Below are positions 24,060-26,852 of a stretch of 26,852 nt of DNA, piece after piece. Positions within the stretch are counted from its first letter, which is position 1. Every line of letters begins with the position of its first letter. Source of the DNA: a virus (lineage: Duplodnaviria; Caudoviricetes). The DNA lies in IMG/VR virus record IMGVR_UViG_3300037424_003009, positions 1-26,852 of that record; one strand, 5' to 3'. The position numbers and the translations under genes are program-made. The notes beneath the pieces were generated by a model that saw only the letters and a list, made by a program, of their open reading frames with translations, was not told the origin of the DNA and searched no databases.

Positions 24060-25118
24060 ATGCAAGGCGATAAAATAATCATTCCGGCCTCTGCTGCCGG
24101 GTTTGTGTCTATTTTCGGCAACATCAGCAAGGGCACCGGCGACACCGTCAACTTGCCCGAGGGCATGTGCAATATCGGCGGCAACGGCTATGGCTATCTG
24201 CTGGCCCCGCAAAGTTCATGGAATCCGCTCACCGCGGGCAACAATGATGGCTCTTTTGCCTCTTTGGCCCTGGGAGACGATATCTATATCTACGCCTGCC
24301 GCCACAGCAGCGGCACGGCGGCCTGGGTGGCCTCTAAAAACTCCACGGTGCCCACCGGCTACGATGCCGACACCTCGCGCAAGATGGGGGGTTTCCATGT
24401 CGGCCGCTACCGGGGCGTGGAGAACCGCTACTCCACTAGCTATGTGCCGGTGGTGCAGATCCTGCCCGGCTCCTGCTGGGACGTGGGCCACCGGCCCACC
24501 TGCGATCCGTCCGGCATGGTTGAGGTGATCCCCGGCAGCATGTGGGCGGATATTTACTTGAACTCTGTGGGCTCCGGGGTCTGGCCCAGCATCGTGCCGG
24601 TGAGCAAGTACGGTGCCACCCTGATCCGCGACAACACCTATGCCCGGATCGATCTGCACCAGATCATCAACAACGCCGGCAAGCGGTTGCCCACGCCGGA
24701 AGAATTTTTGCGCTACGCGGAAGGTGCTCCAGCGGGTCTGGACGGCTCCAACGACCAGGCCTGGTCAATGACCACTAACACGGGCCCCACCACGGCAGGC
24801 GGGGTGGCCAAGGCGGTGAGCCAGTACGATGTTGTCGATGCCGGCGGCAACCTGTGGGAGTGGCTGGATTCCCATTATGACCTGGGCGACTACAACGGCA
24901 GCGTGACCCCTTTTGCCTGGGATAATGTCGTGGTCGATGTGGGCCCAGACAGCGCCATTCCCAGGGGCTACGTGTACCGCGCGAGGTGGCAAGCCTTCCT
25001 CGGTGGCGGCCATTGGTACGAGGGCGTGCGCGCGGGTGCCCGCTGTCTGCATTCCAATACGGATCCGTGGTTTGCCGGTGGCTATGTGGGTTTGCGGGGC
25101 GTCTGTGACTCCCTGTAG
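24060..25118 (+). CDS. mtd: DGR target, Mtd-like receptor-binding protein with C-terminal CLec-fold variable region (352 aa)
   Basis: PTGY...SRKMGGFH, DPSGM...WADIYL, GKRLPTPEEF, GNLWEW, GGHW...GAR...GLRGVCD resemble Bordetella BPP-1 Mtd as I recall it; SD AAGGAGG. Confidence 0.9.
   Translation: MQGDKIIIPASAAGFVSIFGNISKGTGDTVNLPEGMCNIGGNGYGYLLAPQSSWNPLTAGNNDGSFASLALGDDIYIYACRHSSGTAAWVASKNSTVPTGYDADTSRKMGGFHVGRYRGVENRYSTSYVPVVQILPGSCWDVGHRPTCDPSGMVEVIPGSMWADIYLNSVGSGVWPSIVPVSKYGATLIRDNTYARIDLHQIINNAGKRLPTPEEFLRYAEGAPAGLDGSNDQAWSMTTNTGPTTAGGVAKAVSQYDVVDAGGNLWEWLDSHYDLGDYNGSVTPFAWDNVVVDVGPDSAIPRGYVYRARWQAFLGGGHWYEGVRAGARCLHSNTDPWFAGGYVGLRGVCDSL
24970..25109 (+). repeat. DGR variable repeat (VR), 140 bp
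   Basis: Ungapped match to 25497-25636 with 15 mismatches. Confidence 0.97.
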
Positions 25119-25473
25119 CCTGACCCCTGATGAAGCCCCGCGACAGCGGGGGTTGGTGTTGCTGGCCAAGGCGGAGCGGCTGCTGGCCGATCTGGGGCCG
25201 GCCATCGACAAGATCCCCCGGGCCCAGCGGTACCGCTACGCTGCCCGCCTGGAGGAGGCATTGTGGCAGCTGGTGGCCCTGGTCATCCAGGCCGCCGCCA
25301 GCGGTCAAAAGAGCAGGATATACCGGCTGGACGAACAGATCCGGTATCTCCATGCGCTGCTGCGCCACGGAGCCGACCGGAAGCTGATCGGGGCCAAGAG
25401 GGTGGGCGATGCCGCCGGCCAGCTTGGCGAGATCGGCGCCATGGTCGGCGCCTGGCGCCGGCGGTTTACGTAA
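25105..25473 (+). CDS. avd: DGR accessory variability determinant (Avd); start uncertain (GTG 25105, TTG 25153 or GTG 25156)
   Basis: Basic helical protein with KIPRAQRYRY, IYRLDEQI, LGEIGAMVGAW; lies between target and TR. Confidence 0.88.
   Translation: MTPCSLTPDEAPRQRGLVLLAKAERLLADLGPAIDKIPRAQRYRYAARLEEALWQLVALVIQAAASGQKSRIYRLDEQIRYLHALLRHGADRKLIGAKRVGDAAGQLGEIGAMVGAWRRRFT
25136..25151. promoter_or_regulatory. DGR homing hairpin/cruciform downstream of VR
   Basis: CCCCGC-GACA-GCGGGG: GC stem with GRNA-type 4-nt loop, 17 nt after the target stop. Confidence 0.8.
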
Positions 25474-25496
25474 GGGCAGGGTGGGGTTTTCAACGC

Positions 25497-25636
25497 ACGT
25501 GAACCACGCGAGGTGGCAAGCCTTCATCGGCGGCGGCAATTGGAACGAGGGCGTGCACGCGGGTGCCCGCTGTCTGAATTCCAATGCGAATCCGTGGAAT
25601 GCCAATGGCAATGTGGGTTTGCGGGGCGTCTGTGAC
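25497..25636 (+). repeat. DGR template repeat (TR), 140 bp
   Basis: 27 adenines, 9 AAY codons in the target frame; between avd and RT. Confidence 0.97.
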
Positions 25637-25811
25637 CACCGGTTTTTTTCGAGAGGTCGGCGCTGGAGCGCCGTCACCAAGTACCCTCCAGGGGTCAGCC
25701 CACCAAGCCTGGTCCTGCCTGACAGCAGGCCGAATATCAAAAAAAGACTGCGGCGCGCGAGTAGCCCAGGCGAAAGCCCGCCGTGGCCACCTTTTTTCAA
25801 GGCATCATTAT

Positions 25812-26852
25812 ATGGGAAAGCGACACAAGAACTTGATCAGCCGGATCATCGACTGGGACAACCTGCTTAAGGCCCATTACCAGGCCAGGCGCGGCAAGCG
25901 CCAGCGCCACGAGGTGATCCGCTTTGAGGCCGACCTCTGGCTTGAGCTGGGGCGCCTGCAGATGGAGATGCTGTGGGGCACCTACCACCCCGGCCGCTAT
26001 CGCACCTTTATGATTTTCGAGCCGAAACGTCGGGAGATTGCCGCGCTGCCCTACCGCGACCGGGTGGCCCAGCACGCCATCTGCAATATCTGCGGCCCGA
26101 TCTGGGACTTGGCCATGATCTCCGACACCTACGCCTGCCGACCGGGCAAAGGCACCCATGCCGCCGCCGACCGCTGCCAGAGATGGCTGCGCGACATGGC
26201 CAAAGCCAGGCGCCCGGCCTGGCAGCTCAAGATGGACGTCAGCCGCTATTTTCCCAGCATCAGCCACACCCTGGCCCGGCAGGTGGTGCGCCGCAAGATC
26301 TCCTGCCCCGCCACCCTGCATCTGCTTGACACCATCATCACCTCCACCGCGGCCAGCGCTGCTGGCGGGGTGGGCATACCTGTGGGCAACCTCACCAGCC
26401 AGTGGATAGCCAATTTGGTGGGCAACGAGCTCGATCAGTGGGCCAAGCGCCGGCTGCGCCTCAAGCGCTATATCCGCTACATGGACGACATGGTCTTTTT
26501 ATGCTGGAGCAAGCAGGAGACCCTGGCGGCCCGCGCCCTGTTTGCGGCCAAACTGGCCGAGATGGGCATGACCTTCAGCAAGACCTCTGTGCTGCCCGCC
26601 TCCCGCGGCCTCAACTTCGTCGGCTACCGCATCTGGGCCGACTACCGCCTGCTGCGCCGCCAGTCCATCATCACCATGCGCCGGAGACTGAGGACGCTGC
26701 GCTGTCAGCTTGCGGCCGGAGTGATCAGTCTTGATCGGGCACAATCCGCCGTTGCGTCTTGGGTGGCGCACACCCTCCACGCAGATGGTTGGAGGGTCCG
26801 GACGGCTGTACTGGCTCGGGCGGCTTTTTGTCGGAAGAAGGAGGGGGAGTGA
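25812..26852 (+). CDS. DGR reverse transcriptase (346 aa)
   Basis: FEPKRREI, YRDRVAQHA, YACRPGKGTH, LKMDVSRYFPSI, GIPVGNLTSQWIAN, YIRYMDD, NFVGY; intact to TGA 26850-26852. Confidence 0.97.
   Translation: MGKRHKNLISRIIDWDNLLKAHYQARRGKRQRHEVIRFEADLWLELGRLQMEMLWGTYHPGRYRTFMIFEPKRREIAALPYRDRVAQHAICNICGPIWDLAMISDTYACRPGKGTHAAADRCQRWLRDMAKARRPAWQLKMDVSRYFPSISHTLARQVVRRKISCPATLHLLDTIITSTAASAAGGVGIPVGNLTSQWIANLVGNELDQWAKRRLRLKRYIRYMDDMVFLCWSKQETLAARALFAAKLAEMGMTFSKTSVLPASRGLNFVGYRIWADYRLLRRQSIITMRRRLRTLRCQLAAGVISLDRAQSAVASWVAHTLHADGWRVRTAVLARAAFCRKKEGE

Larger units (their letters stand above)
1..26852 (+). mobile_element. Mu-like transposable prophage (myovirus-type tail), partial: middle, lysis, head, tail, baseplate and DGR modules
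   Basis: Gene order matches Mu: lysis, DUF2730, gp26, gp27, terminase, portal, F, G, I/Z, T, gp35-38, sheath, tube, chaperone, tape measure, N, P, gp45-48, fibre. No ends or transposase in the window. Confidence 0.95.
24060..26852 (+). mobile_element. diversity-generating retroelement (target-VR, hairpin, avd, TR, RT)
   Basis: BPP-1-like order; adenine-specific TR/VR differences; DGR-type RT. Confidence 0.97.

Noticed and set aside
1-24969. Second VR/target, gin invertase with inverted sites, CRISPR array, tRNA, Mu end repeats
   Set aside because: None seen by eye; a self-alignment of TR against the full genome is needed to exclude remote targets.
25409-25870. 153-aa ORF through TR, and the 25584 start of the RT
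   Set aside because: TR is open because it mirrors the VR frame; RT homology begins at MGKRHKNL (ATG 25812).

Overview
The whole window is the middle-to-right part of a GC-rich, Mu-like (transposable, contractile-tailed) prophage, almost all on the + strand. In order: small middle-region genes; a P1/P4-type C4 antisense RNA controlling a Bro-N antirepressor-like gene; a lysis cassette; Mu-order packaging and head genes (gp25-gp37 equivalents); sheath, tube, tail chaperone (Mu-type -2 frameshift), tape measure and baseplate genes. Where Mu has its invertible G segment and gin, this phage has a complete diversity-generating retroelement (DGR): an Mtd-like target with a variable repeat (24970-25109), a hairpin, avd, a template repeat (25497-25636) and a reverse transcriptase. 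13 of the 15 TR/VR differences are at TR adenines. The tail fibre is reduced to a 102-aa stub plus an unknown 107-aa protein ahead of the DGR target. Other notable items: an identical 22-bp palindromic element before the lysis and protease operons, a candidate strong gyrase site between G and I, a reverse-strand secreted-protein moron flanked by ATGAG repeats, and an in-frame GGA-hairpin insertion in gp46. All calls come from reading motifs and synteny by eye; no searches were run. Prophage ends, transposase and repressor are not in the window.
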